A stretch of DNA of 64,000 nucleotides from Chiloscyllium plagiosum (taxonomy: Eukaryota), in assembly GCF_004010195.1 (NCBI RefSeq), contig NC_057718.1:76337606-76401605 (forward strand). The letters run 5' to 3'. The notes beneath the pieces are model-generated. The model was not told the origin of the DNA, searched no databases, and saw only the letters and a list, made by a program, of their open reading frames with translations. The first letter of the stretch is position 1, and every line of letters starts with the position of its first letter. A program made the position numbers and the translations under genes. This document shows positions 50,870 through 64,000 of the stretch, piece by piece.

Positions 50870-51098
50870 TTCTGGAGTAGAGTAGTGCTGGAAAAACACA
50901 GCAATTCAGGCAGCATCCAAGGAGTAGGAAAACCCTACGTTTCGGACAAAAGCCCTTCATCAGGACTCCTGATGAAGGGCTTTTGCTGGAAACATCGGAT
51001 TTTCCTGCTCCTCGGATGCTGCCTGAAATGCTGTGCTTTTCCAGCATCACTCTACTCCAGAATCTGGTTTCCAGCATCTGCAGTCATTGTTTTTACGT
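50870..51098. mobile_element. Palindromic PLE-derived element (family A) with back-to-back hammerhead cores
   Basis: Centre TCATCAGGA-C-TCCTGATGA at 50966; arms ~50869-50965 and 50967-51063; 14-bp TSD AAGTGTGCCTTTAA at 50856-50869 and 51099-51112. Confidence 0.9.
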
Positions 51099-53828
51099 AA
51101 GTGTGCCTTTAAGTCTATTAACATGACCAGTAATTCCCCAATCACATTCTACATTACAGCATGTTCTCCACAGCTTACAGTTTTTAAAGGAAACAGTCCA
51201 AGTTCACTCCAAGTTTCTCATTTCCCAGCAGCTATCTCTTTATGGTCAGGACCTTGAAAGGAGGCAGCACCTTTTGAGTTCTCCAGTACGCATGGCAGTT
51301 TCTAAGATATCTATTTAAGACCACCTAAATTTGGCATCAATGGTTAAATATAATGAGTGCATTGTTGCAGTTGAAACATTTTCCATTGACAAACTCCATG
51401 CTTTGGTAATAGGATACTCTCTTCAGCTCAGCACCTTTCCTTTTGCTATAACTTTAATTCAGAGAGCCTGCTGGATGTCAGATCAATTGCTTATTGTACT
51501 AGGGATTAGATGGATGGACAATGATGGAGTACTGGCATTATGAAAAATAACATTGATTAAAGAATCATGAGGGAAGAGAACAACTAGCATGGATGCACTC
51601 TCACAGGAAATGCATCCATTGAAACAACCTGTAATCTCTAGATTTTTGTTTACAATGCAATAACATGTGCTTTATTGTTTAATAATAAAATTAAGAAAAC
51701 ACAAATAATAGAATAACTTAATAATTGCTCTTTATTTCCCTGAAAATTTAATTGGGCAACATCAGTGTCTGCACAAATGTAAGTATCACAACCTTGGGAA
51801 AGGTCAACCTGGTATTGATGGAACTTATATGCTGCTAGCACAAAGTAAAGAAAGTCACTTAACTAAGAAGTATGTATTTTTGTAAGAATCAGTAAGATGC
51901 ACCTTGTTGGATATTCATATTCAACTTGAAAACAGCAATCAATTTACCACGACAGAATATCACATTACAAATGCTTCAACCACTGAATACTAGTTTTATT
52001 TTATAGCTATTTGCCTGTGTTCAACATGGGCATCAGCTGTAGTTTTGTTTTGTGAAGACAAAAGTAATTCAGTACTTATATTCTCCACCTTTTATTAAAA
52101 TAAGCAAATCTATCACCAGAGTCTATATTCATATCTGTCCTTAAGGAAATGAATGGAGAAATTATTCTTTTCTACCATGGTGCAATGGCGTTTCTAAAGT
52201 CCAATTCATAGCAGAGCCCTGAGGTACAACATGGGTTACTGTGAGTGGGAGAGAGGTGACCAGACTGTACAATTCTCATCTGTGTATTCCTCAGTTTCAA
52301 TAATTTCAGATTATTTCCAACTTTGTCCACACGCCTCATATTGTGCCCACTTCATGCTGTTTGAAGCAATCAGCTCATCCCTGACAGTAGCAGCTTGTTT
52401 CCTGGTGCATTTCCAGGATAGATGGCTAATAAATTGCCATACAAGATGCCAGGCATTTCTTCCATGCAAATTTAACACCCACCTATATAGTGAATATGCA
52501 TTGACTTCCCGCACAATATCTATTACAGTTTTGCAGAACTTTAAATATTTCAGGCATTGGTAGAATTTCTAACATTTTACTAGTTGCATACATACCAAAG
52601 TCAAATCATTATTTTTTCTTGAGTACTTCAATAGACTATTTTTATATTTCAACATCTTTTGCAAATTTCTACACGTGCTATTAGATGAATGATGGTAGTT
52701 CTTATGTTTCCATGTTTTGAGACTATCATTGTTGTTTCGCTATGTGACTGATGCTAGGCAATCTTTGGAGAGCTCTAACTGTGAGCATGGTGAGTAAAAC
52801 CATTCATTATGATGTTGTGTATGCTTTTGAATCATATATTGTAATAAGTTATTTAAATAACAGGCGGTTGGGCATACTTTTAAATATTTAAGTAATCAAC
52901 TGTCCCTCAGAATCATTAAGCTTGGAGATCAGGAGGAATTCCTGCAACTCTTATTGATGTTGTATGATTATGTCAAAGATAAAAACCTTAGCCACAATGA
53001 TCTTATGACTGAGCAGGGACACATTACATCAGCAATAACATGTCTTGAATAAAGTAGATGTTAAATGTTATTGTCAATAGACATAGCATATAGCCACCTG
53101 CTGGAAGAGTGAGTTCTATTAATCTTTAAAATAGAATAACAATACTGGTAGCAGAAGTGTGTTCAATTGGAAATAAATGTGAGTTGCTGTATACTGCTGT
53201 GCTTCATGATTCAATCATTTAATTTCATATTGATCATTGAGTTCATTGTTGCTTAAAAGTCCATGTGTCATCGTTAATCTCAGATAGAAAGCAAAAGAAA
53301 AGTTTAGAAGTGTTAGATTGAAGCCAGTTTAATATACGTGTGAAAAAAAGGAACCAATTTTTTTTGTCAACATTACTTCTTTAGAAATACATCATTAAGT
53401 TAATATGAGCTGGACTGGCGCCATATAAATAAACTAGCTTTTTCAGGAATAAAGTTAGGAAATATTGTACACAGAGAGGATGATATAATTTTGCAACTCT
53501 GTTCTGCGAACAACTATTACAATTGCTCATTATAAATCTGAAATTTTATGAATCAAAGCTTTTAAGTGATAATAATTTATATCCCTGAGAACAAAAAGCT
53601 ACACTTGGCAGCAAAAAAAAAGCCATGGGCAGGTAAAGAGATAAGGGGCAGCATAAAATGAAAAGAAAAGCCACAAACCAGAAAAAATCCTGTGGTATGG
53701 AAATGTACAAAGACCAGCAAAGCGCCACAAAGCAGCTTTTTAGAGCAACTAAAAGGGTCTATGAAAGGAAACTTGCCAGACACATCAAAATCAGTGGGAA
53801 GACATCTTATAGTTACATAAAGGGAAAA

Positions 53829-54500
53829 TGACTTGGAGGTGCCAGTGTTGGACTGGGGTGGACAAAGTTAAAAATCACACATACCAGGTTATAGTCCAAA
53901 AGGTTTATTTGGAAGTACTAGCTTTCGGAGCACTGTTCCTTCATCAGGTGGTTGTGGATCATGCTCACAGAATTTATAGCCAAAGGAGTCGTGTCATGGA
54001 GATGTGATATAGTAAACAATCTTAGATTAAAACTATCATCTTTTATAATGGGATATGCTGGTTTCTGTTCTTTGATATATAAATCCCAGAACGACTTTCA
54101 ACTTACATTGTCAAGATAATTCAGCTTTTTACACAATAGGGCGGTACAGTGGTTAGCACTGCTGCCTCACAGCGCCAGAGACCTGGGTTCAATTCCTGAC
54201 TCAGGCAACTGTCTGTTTGCACATTCTCCCCGTGTCTGCGTGGGTTTCCTCCGGGTGCTCCGGTTTTGTCCCACAGTCCAAAAATGTGCAGGTTAGGTGA
54301 ACTGGCCATGCCAAATTGCCCATAGTGTTAAGTGAAGGGGTAAATGTAGGGGAATGGGTTTGGGTGGGTTGCTCTTTGGAGGGTCGGTGTAGACTTGTTG
54401 GGCTAAAGGGCCTGTTTCCACACTGGAAGTAGTCTCAATAAGTGTGAAGTCTGTCTGTGTCCCAATGCTATGTCAGACTGACAAACCCTCTGCGTAGTTT
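53829..54500 (-). mobile_element. Family B PLE 3' fragment with hammerhead, inside an old CR1 and interrupted by an HE1-type SINE (+, 54139-54435)
   Basis: Minus strand CAC-CTGATGA-AGGAACAGTGCTCC-GAAAGCTA-GT at ~53917-53950; body similar to 4475-4770. Confidence 0.8.
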
Positions 54501-56489
54501 TATACAGAAAATGGGTGGTCAAGAACAGTGTTATCTCGCTAAAGACTGAAAGTTGGATATTCTCAAAGACAATATATTGAACAATTACTTTGTCCTAGTA
54601 TTTACAGTAGAAAAGGAAGGTAAATTGCCAGAACTCCTGCAGAAATTAGTAGTGCATCAGGAGCAAGGACTGAATAAAATTAACGTAAGTAAAACATCAG
54701 AAATGAGAAAATTAATGAAATTAAAGAGTGACAAATCCCTGACACTTGATATTTTGACATTTTCCATCTGAGGATGTTAAAGAAAGTAGAGGAGCACATT
54801 CTAGATACCCTAACTATAATCTTCCATTATTCCTATGGAGATGTCGCTCTGGATTGGAAAATTGCACGTCACTCTGCTTTTTAAGAAGTGCCATAGAGAA
54901 AAACCAGGGATTTACAGATCAATTGGTTGGGAAATTGTGGGGAGTGCATAATCAAGGATGGTTCTTAGAGGCTGGGACATTGTCAGATGCCAATGTCCAT
55001 GGACATATTGTTAGTGCTCACAGAGTTTGCCCTAAGATGCTGGTATCCAGTGTTGTTCGGAGCAAGAGGTAAGTTGGATCCACCAGTGCTCACTCTGGTT
55101 TCCTCACTGAGGTCTCCCAGCATCGAGCTTGCTTGGTGAGTTTGGTAAGGTGGGAGGCTGAATATTAATGAGGCAGTTGTGTTGTTAACAAGGCACTTAG
55201 CAAGCCACAGTCAACATCATTTGGCAATTTGTCATTGCTTAGTGAAAATCTCACCACGTGATTTGTGAAAAGCATAAGAGATGGCACGAGTTGCTCCCAA
55301 TATTGAGATGGGTATGGCTGTGCTCGTCACTCAGTTCTACCACACGTCTTACCATGGCCCACATCGCTCAGACATACCCCTGCTTGGATTTTCTTCCTAC
55401 TGACTTTTCCAGATTTGCTGAATTGTTCCATTTACTTCAATTTTTATTTTAGACAGCCAGCAGCATTTCCTTTTGCAATAGTACACTTCAAAAGTGTTTA
55501 ATTGACTGAAGGTCTTTGAGTCATATGAGAATGTGCAAATTTTATATAAGAGCACTTTTTTTTAAGAAGCTGAACTATGGTACAGAGGGTTGAGAGAAAC
55601 ATGATTATTATATCAGACTGCTGATGTCATACTATACTGATGGCTTCAGCAAGTTGTCAGTCATTACAAAATATTTCAGATCAGCTTACAATATCTAAGC
55701 TTACAATGTGAATGAATTTCCAAAATAAGTTGGTTGATTTACCACTGAATGGCGATCGCTATCTCTGCTAGCCAGTCTCAGCATCATTCAGAGATGTAGA
55801 AATTGAGCACAAACTATTTGACTTTGCAATCTAATTGAACTGTGAATTTCTAATGAGTCAATTACTTCAAGTAGTTACCATTCAAACCTTGGAGTTACTC
55901 CATCAGCAAAATAAGAGGCATTTACCTTCCACTTGTAGGAGGCATGCAAAGTAACAGCTATCTTGATGTTCTAGGTGTCCAATTCCAACAACAAAATTTA
56001 CTTTTTAATCCATGACCCCTGTGAATTACTGAAAATTCTTGTGTGATCTGGCAGCATATGTGGAGAGAAAAATAGTTCGTCATTCTCTGAAAAAATGGGG
56101 AATAGTTAAGGGAGACAACAGGAATCAAACTCACCACAGAGACAGGGTTAGTGAGATCACCATGCCACTCCCAATAGGGAAAGCCTGACTTACCAAGCGC
56201 AACTCAAGCACCTAGCTAGACAGCAGAGGGAGACCAAGGACCCCAGGGGTGGAATTCTCATCCACCAAATCTACTTGCCAATTAGAGATACAGCTCTCTG
56301 TGAGCTACAGTACCCCTAGGAGGTACTCCTAGTATGATACCTACCTGAAGCTTAGGATCATTGCTGGATTCCTAGGCACAGATGAGAGATGATGCGGAAT
56401 CTTTAGGTGTGAGTTGCAGGTGAGGGGCGGTGAAAATAAGGGTGTGAGTGGCTCCAGGGGTGCAGTCCTGAGAGAGTATGTTCCAAATA

Positions 56490-59300
56490 GTCCAATTGGG
56501 GAAGTAGCCATATTAGGCCTGGTATTGGGGAATGATCAGGTGATCAGTGGGAGAGCATCTCTGGAACAGTGACCATAATTCTTTAAGTTTTAAGATACTT
56601 ATGGATAAAGATAAGAGTAGTCCTCAGATGAAAGTACTCAATAGGGGGAAGACTAACCAACACAATATTGGACAGGAACTGGGGAATGTAGATTAGGGAC
56701 AACTGCTTGAGGGTAAATCTAGATATGGCATGTGGGAATCTTTTAAAGGTCAGTTAATTAGAGTTCAAGACCAGCATGTTCCTGTGAAAATGAAGGATAA
56801 TGATGGCAAGATTCTGGACCTTGGATGACAAGAGAAATTCAGAGTTTAGTCAAAGAGAATAAGTAGGCTATACATAAAGTTTAGGAAACTGAAGACAGAC
56901 AGAGCCCTTGAAGAATAGAAAGATAGCAGGAGTCAACTCAAATAAAGAATTAGGAGGGCTAAAAGCATAAAATGTTTTTGGCAAACAGGATTAAGGAAGA
57001 TCTTAATGCATTTTATACATTTACAAGGAGCAAGAGGATTACTATGGAAAGGGTAAGTCCACTCAAGGATAAAGGAAGGAATTTGTGCGTGATGCCAGAG
57101 GAAGTGGGTGAGGTCCTTAACAAATGCTTTGCATCAGTATTCGCAAAGGAGAAAAACGTGGTTGATGGTGAGTCCTGGGAGGAATATGTTGATATTCTAT
57201 GGCATGTCAGTATAACAAAAGATGTAGGGTGTTATGAAAAGCATTAAAGTAGACAATCTGGTGGGATCCATACCACAATGCTGAGGAGGATAGGTGAGGA
57301 AATTGCCAGGGCTTTGTACAAAATCTTTGTATCCTCTTTAGCGTTCCCAGATAACTGGAAAATAGTCAATGCTTTTCCGTTGTTTAAGAAGGGAAACAGG
57401 GATAATCTAGGATTTTACAGGCCGGTGAGCCTTATGTCAGTGAAAGAATTATCGGAGAAGATTCATAGGGATAGTTACATTTGGAAAAATATGGATTTAT
57501 TGATACTAAGCAGCATGGTATTGTGAGGGGAAGATCATGTTTCACAAACAGTTTATGACTGTTTTGAAGAAGTGACAAAGATGATTAATGAGGGTGGGCT
57601 GCAGATGTTATCTGTATGGATTTTAGTGAGGCCTTTAACAAGTTCCTCCATGGTTGGCTGATCCAAAAGGTGAAATCACATGAGATCTGCAGTGAGCAGG
57701 TAAAATGGATACACAACTGGCTTGGTCGTAGAATTCAGAGAGTAGCAATGGCAGGATGACTTCCTGATCTGTGACCAGTTGTGTTCCACAGGGATTAGTA
57801 CTTGGATCCTTGTTGTTTATAAAATGTATAAATGAGTTAGAGAAGAATTTCGATGGCCTGATTAGTAATTTTGCAGATGACACAAAAGTTGGGGAGCTGC
57901 GGATAGTGAGGAGGATTGCCAGAGGATACAGCAAGATATAGATAGGCTGGAGGCTTGGGCAGAGAAATGACAGATGGGGTTTAATCCGGACAAATGCGAG
58001 GTGATGTATTTTGGAAAATCTAATGCAGGAGGGAAGTCGACAGTAGCATCAACATTCAGAGGGATCTAGGCATACAGGTCCACAATTCGCTGGAAATGGC
58101 AACACATGTGGATAAAGTGGTTAAGAAGGTAAATGGAGTTGAGAGGTCATGTTGCGGCTGTACAGGACATTGGTTAGGCCACATTTGGAATATTGCCTGC
58201 AATTCTGGTCTCCTTCCTATCGGAAAGATGTTGTGAAACTTGAAAGGGTTCGGAAAAGATTTGAGCTACAGGGAGCGGCTGAACAGGCTGGGGCTATTTT
58301 TCCTGGAGCGTCAGAGGCTGAGGGGTGACCTTATAGAGGTTTACAAAATTATGAGGTGCATGGATAGGATAAATAGACACATTCTGTTCCCTGGGATCGG
58401 GGAGTCCAGAACTAGAGTGCATAGATTTAGGGTGAGAGGGGAAAGATATAAAAGAGACCTAAGGGGTGGTATGTGTATGGAATGAGATGGTAGAGGATGT
58501 GGTGGAGGCTGGTACAATTGCAACATTCGAGAGGCATTTGGATAGGTATATGAATAGGAAGGGTTTGGAGGGATTTGGGCCGGGTGCTGGCAGGTGGGAC
58601 TAGATTGGGTTGGGATATCTGGTCGGCATGGACGGGTTGGACCGAAGGGTCTGTTTCCATGCTGTACATCTCTATGACTCTATGCCATCATCAGTCAAGG
58701 CATAGACAGTCAAAAATGGCAACTCATTTGCAACTGTAGATACCTTTAGTAAGGCCATGTTTGGAATATTTCATTTAGTTTTGATCGCCACAGTACCAGA
58801 AGGATGTGGAGGCTTTGGAGATAATGCAGAAACAGTTTACCAGGATGCTGCCGATTTTGGACAGTATTAGCTATGAGGAGAAATCAGGAAAACTTGGTTT
58901 GTTTTGTCTTGAATGTCAGAGGCTGAGGGGAAATCTGATGGAAGTGTACACAATTATGAGAGGCATGCATAGTTGGAGTTCTTCTTCCCAGGGTAGAAAT
59001 GTCAATTACTAGAAAACATGGGTTTATATTAAAAGGGGTGCAGGGTGGTGAGTTTAATGGAAATGTGAAAGGCAAATTTTCTACACAGAGGGTGAAAAGT
59101 GCCTGGAATGTGCTTCCAGAGAAGCTGGTAGAAGCAGAAACAATAGCAAAATTAAAGAGGCATCTTGACACATATATGAACAGGCAAGGAGTAGAGGCAT
59201 ATGAACTGTGCAGAGGCAAAGATTTTTAGTTTAGAAAGACATCACGTGTCGGCGAACGTTGGGGCCAATGAACCTGTTCTTGTGTTTTACTGTTTTTTGC
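56490..59300 (+). mobile_element. Degenerate CR1 ORF2 with a younger CR1 3' end nested at ~58134-58683
   Basis: PLFKKGNRDNLGFYRPVSL, FADDTK; two separate CR1 terminal tails (58683, ~59300). Confidence 0.9.
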
Positions 59301-59319
59301 TGTGCTTTGCTGTTTGAGT

Positions 59320-59750
59320 AATTCACCTCCTGATTCCCTAAAGATTGTTCACCAGCCACAAGGCACATGTCAGGATGTGATGGCATGCACACTCAGTAGC
59401 AGCTCTGTGTACTGTCTGCAAGATACACTGGAGGAATTCACCTAAAATCCTTAAACAGCACTTTTCAAACCCATGACCACTTCCATCCAGAAGGACAAGG
59501 GCAGCAGACACATGGGAACATCACTATCTTCAAGTTCCCATCCAAGCCACTCACCATCCTGATTGGAAATACATTGTTATTTCTGCACTGTTATTGGATC
59601 AAATTTATTTAACTCCTTCTCTAGTAGCCCAGGTATTGCAGGTTGACAACAGCCTAATTTAGCATTTTAAGAAGACAGCTCACCACCACCTAATCAAGAT
59701 AATAAATGCTGGGCCAGGCCAGTGATGCTCACCTATGGTAAGTGAATTAA
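59320..59750 (+). mobile_element. LINE 3' end (family of 38820-41275)
   Basis: CAGCTCACCACCACC..AATAAATGCTGG terminal motif. Confidence 0.75.
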
Positions 59751-59862
59751 TGTCAAACATTCTTACATATTTCATGTTTGACAGCAGCTGTCAAGTGGTT
59801 GCCAGGAACTTTAAATGTCAGAATATGATAATATGACTGCTTTGAAAAGGGGAAGTGCCACT

Positions 59863-60485
59863 TGTTACAGACTAGACAAATCCCCCCTCCCCCCTTCAAA
59901 TGCATCAGGAGATAGACAAACCTTAACTTTTTCTTATTTAGAGGCAGGTGTAAGGTGTTGTGTTCCAGATCTAATTCAATTTGGTCAAGCTATTCAGCTA
60001 TGAGCAAAACACACTTTATTTCTATTCCACAGTTAAAATACAAAAAAAAGAAAAATTGGTCTAACAGAATAATAGATTATTTAACTCAGAAACAGCAACT
60101 GTTCCAACATTGTTACTTCCCATAAAAACACACTTGGCAAAGGCAACTTGAGTAAAATAGATTGTCTCACATGTACTTTTTCTCCAGTCCTGGAGGAAAG
60201 AACATCAAGAGAAAATACTGGCAGAGACAGAGAACTCAAGCATTTTGCTGTAGCAAGGAGAGATGTATGGCAGCTTCCAAGCCCAACAACTACAGAAAGC
60301 TAAACTAAAACCCTGGTTCTGTGGGAGCCTGAAACCACCCATTAATGCTGCCTGTATTGTTCCAACTTAAAAACAAACAAGCTGTTTACTCTATTGTTTT
60401 GGACCAGGTAGCTTGATACCTACGGTTCAAACCTTCTCTTAAAAAAAGGATAAGATGCACCTCTTAAAGCCATAATATCATCACA
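59863..60485. mobile_element. Probable solo LTR
   Basis: TGT..ACA termini (TGTTACA / TCATCACA), TTTATT inside, flanks CACT / CAAT resemble a 4-bp TSD with one mismatch. Confidence 0.5.
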
Positions 60486-60854
60486 CAATTCCTGGAAAAC
60501 GTGCTCCAGTACTTTACAGTTGGTGAAAACTTTTAAAGTGCACTCATTCTTGCTGTGTAGGCAATTTTCACAGCCCACTTGTACACACCACACACTGAAC
60601 TTATTGCCTGTGTTGGTGACATTGACACTGGGTTAGAAAGCAGGGGCCACTCTATCAGGACCCCTAATCCAATTCTATATCAACAAGCAACTACCTTTTT
60701 ACCTAAACGTTTAAATGTTGGAGTGAAGGCATTGGCTTGCCTGCTCTAAGAGTTTAAGGATAATAAGCCCATCATTAATTGACCATTAATTGGCCAATTC
60801 AGGGAATTCTTGGTCAGGTGATTGCCCCACCATACAATACTGGTGCCTGCCAGC

Positions 60855-61300
60855 CATTTTTTCTGAATTCTTCCTATAGCAGGGTGAACAGAATTATACA
60901 CAGTAATCCAAATTTGGCCTTACCAATATTTTGTACAGCCACAATATGACATCCCAACTTTTGCACTCAGTGCCCTGACCAATGATGACAAGCGTGTCAA
61001 ACAACTTCATCACCACCCTTTCCATGCGATGCTACTTTTAAGGAACAGTGCATCCCTAGGTCTCTCTGTTCGACAATACTCCCCAGGGCCCTAACCTGCC
61101 CTGTGCAAGTCCTTCCCTAGTTTATCTTAACAAATTGCATTATCTCATATTTATCGGAATAACCTCTATCTGCCATTCCTTGGTCCATTGGCCTAGTTGG
61201 TGAAGATCCTATTGTACTCTTATATAACCTTCTTTACTTTCCACTATACACCAATTTTGGTGCCATCTGTAAACCTACTAACCGAATCTCCTATATTCCT
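60855..61300 (-). mobile_element. Degenerate CR1 RT fragment
   Basis: Homologous to 30760-31190. Confidence 0.8.
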
Positions 61301-63189
61301 ATAAGTGCATTTGATCGGATTTAGTTTCAATTTCAGTCAAACTCTTGAACAAGTCTTATTACTGTACTGTCTCTTTAGACTGAAATTAATAATTCATCAC
61401 AGACTTATTGCTGAAACTCCTTCACATTTTCAATAAGATGAATTTTAAAAGCACTTTCAGTCCATCACCGGAGTTGTGTGTTCTAATTCCTGAAATGTCA
61501 GAAATCTTTCTTGGAACTGTTAGATGTTTAGATTTTCAGATAATTCAAAACTAGGCCCCATGAGCTTTCTGATGAACACAAAGGTGGCGCTTTGAACATA
61601 CCAAGTAGTAATTCATGCAGCAACCCAATTATATACAGATTGTTACAAAATGTGAGACTGTATGGTGAAGGTCCAAAGTAAATTGTTAATTAGTTGTTTC
61701 AAAGTATTTAGTATATTGAACAAGTCAGTTCTTTATGGAACAGGAAATTTATTCAATCAGTAAGGGCCTCTGCTTGTTAGATCGTGAACATCAGTGGAAC
61801 ATTAAGTTAAGGAGTCAGGCAGTTCAAGCTGTCTGTTATTCATTGAAATGTTGCAGTTTCAAAAATGCATTCCATGTGTTTTTTTTAAAAAATGCACATA
61901 AGTAACAAGATATGCAAGGAATTTGTTGCAGAGTTTTATAGCAAAATGTAGGAGAAAACTTCAGTTATTTAGTTAGCTCAAGACACCTTCATGGACATAC
62001 AAATGTTATGTGTACTTTCTTTGATTGCAACTTTCTGCACAATTTATTACTTTGCAATACTCCATGAGTTAAATTTCAGTTAACTTTGTGGGATACCACA
62101 ATATGAAGGTATATTTGTGGCTTGATTGGATAGCTGCAGATTGATTGTCAGGGAGAAGTGAAGTCTCCGTTAATGGAATTGCTCAACAATACTTGGGCCT
62201 TTGAAAATGAACCTAGTTTCCAAATGTGTTATGTAACCTCGCTTTCTGAGAATATTGGATCGTCTCTTTGTTTCTCTGGGCATTGTGTGTCTACAAATGC
62301 ATTGTGAGACACCTCTCTTTTTACTAGACCTTTAGTCTCTAGCATCTCTTGTTTATCCTTATCCTATGCTTTCTCACTGTTCAGCTCTACAACATTTTAT
62401 CTATACTTGTGTATGTACAGTTTACGAAGCACAACCCTCTAGTGTGGGGTATTACCCATCCTCCATTGCCTGCTTCTCTCTGCTCTGCTTTTTCCAGAGT
62501 AACAGAGCTATCCTTTGCATATTGCATTATGCTATATCTATCTCTGAACTTCTCTTTTACATGATTTACATAAATCCAGCAATTTATTTAACTATTTCCC
62601 TTGTCATTGTTAGCATTAACATGATTATCATCATTTACCCTCTTAAGGTCTGACTCTGAAATAATGAGATGCTTTAGAACTCTGATTGCTTGCCCTTGCT
62701 TTCCACATAAGGGTGATGTTTCTCTATTTTGTGTAGGATGTTTGTCTGTGTTCCACATTCTGTGGTAATCATACTTCTTGGCTCAAGTAAGATCACTGCC
62801 TTCCAGTTTCTCTTGAACAGTCTATTAAATATGTGTGGTATATGAAATATATTAAGTATATATCATGTGTACACCAGATATGATCATGGTGATCTGTTCC
62901 TTTAAGAAACGTTGCCTCTACCTGACTGTTTATTATCCACGCTTCCTAACTTGGTGGCAAAGTAAATATTTTAAGTTTAATCAAGAGTCTTATCTTCAAA
63001 AAACATATAATCAAGAAAGAACACACTGTACTCACTAATACAGCCTTTCTCTTGGATAGACTTAAAACAACAATTAACTTATCTGATTCTGTGCTGTTTA
63101 CTTCACCCAACAGTTCCTCCAAGATTAGTTGTGAATTTCACTGTTTGTTAATTTTCCCAGCAGTAAAATCCCTTCATCAGGAGTACAGG

Positions 63190-63935
63190 TTAACCACTCA
63201 GGAGTCACCCAGTCTTCTGTCCATGGGTGTCCCCTATTTTATTTTCTGCAATAACCTTTACAGTGGCACCTTATCAAATGTTATCTGGAAATCCTTGAGT
63301 ACACTACATCCACCTGTTTCCCTTCAACCAAAACATATGTTATTTCCTCCATGATAGTCAATAAATTTATTAAATATGATTTATTTCTCACAAAACCATG
63401 CTGTGCTTGATTAACTTTGAATATATCCAAGTGCCCTGCTTTAACAATCGTTTCTAACATTTTCAATATGACAGATGGTAAGCTAACTGGCTTATAGTTT
63501 CTCCCTTTCTGTCTCCCTTCCTTTTTGAATAAAACAATTATATTCATTATTTTCTAATCCCAATCTAATGAGACCATCCCCAAATTATGGAGATTTTGGA
63601 AAATTATTACTAATACAAAAAGTAACTCACTACCTATTTCTTTTAAGATCTTATGATGAAGTCCACTAGGGCCCAAGCACTCACCAGTCGATAGCTCTAA
63701 CAATTTATCAATATTACTTCTTTGGTGATTGTGATTGTGATTGTGATTTTCCTGAGTTTGACCACCTTTTGCATTTCCTGATTTTGTTGCTGTTTCTGGG
63801 ATGTTACTTACATCCACTATATTGAAGACTGATAGAAAACATCTGTTCAATCCCCCTGTCATTTCAATATTTTCCATTATTAATCCTCCAGTCTGACCTT
63901 CTCTTGAACTAGCATTCATATTGTTAACTTCTTTA
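63190..63935 (-). mobile_element. Degenerate CR1 RT fragment
   Basis: LFKKEGRQKGRNYKPVSL..QHGFVRNKSYLINL. Confidence 0.8.
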
Positions 63936-64000
63936 GATGCAAATTAATATAGATTATTCAGAATCTCATTAACTAAATATAAATAATTATAGAAACTCTT

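Noticed and set aside
29705..61600. Isolated CTGATGA words at ~29705 and ~61569
   Set aside because: No stem II followed by GAAA, so these are not hammerheads.

Overview
Eukaryotic, repeat-dominated scaffold segment, very probably from a cartilaginous fish (shark). This is inferred from HE1-type tRNA SINEs, dense CR1 LINEs and a Deu-domain-type SINE. The only convincing host gene is a plus-strand C2H2 zinc-finger gene with one coding exon (ATG 25187, stop 26413, 11 fingers). It is probably driven by a CpG/NRF1/YY1/ETS promoter region at ~6.7-7.35 kb through a long 5'-UTR intron. The rest is mostly decayed CR1/L2 LINEs, SINEs, Penelope-like elements (PLEs), Gypsy remnants, a Tx1-like 3' end, a 27-bp satellite and two assembly gaps. 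The most interesting signal is a set of short non-coding PLE-derived insertions from three sequence families. They carry minimal hammerhead ribozyme cores, often as head-to-head palindromes, have 9-16 bp target-site duplications (TSDs) and reuse two fixed termini ~35 nt apart. All repeat-family names come from motif recognition, not database searches.
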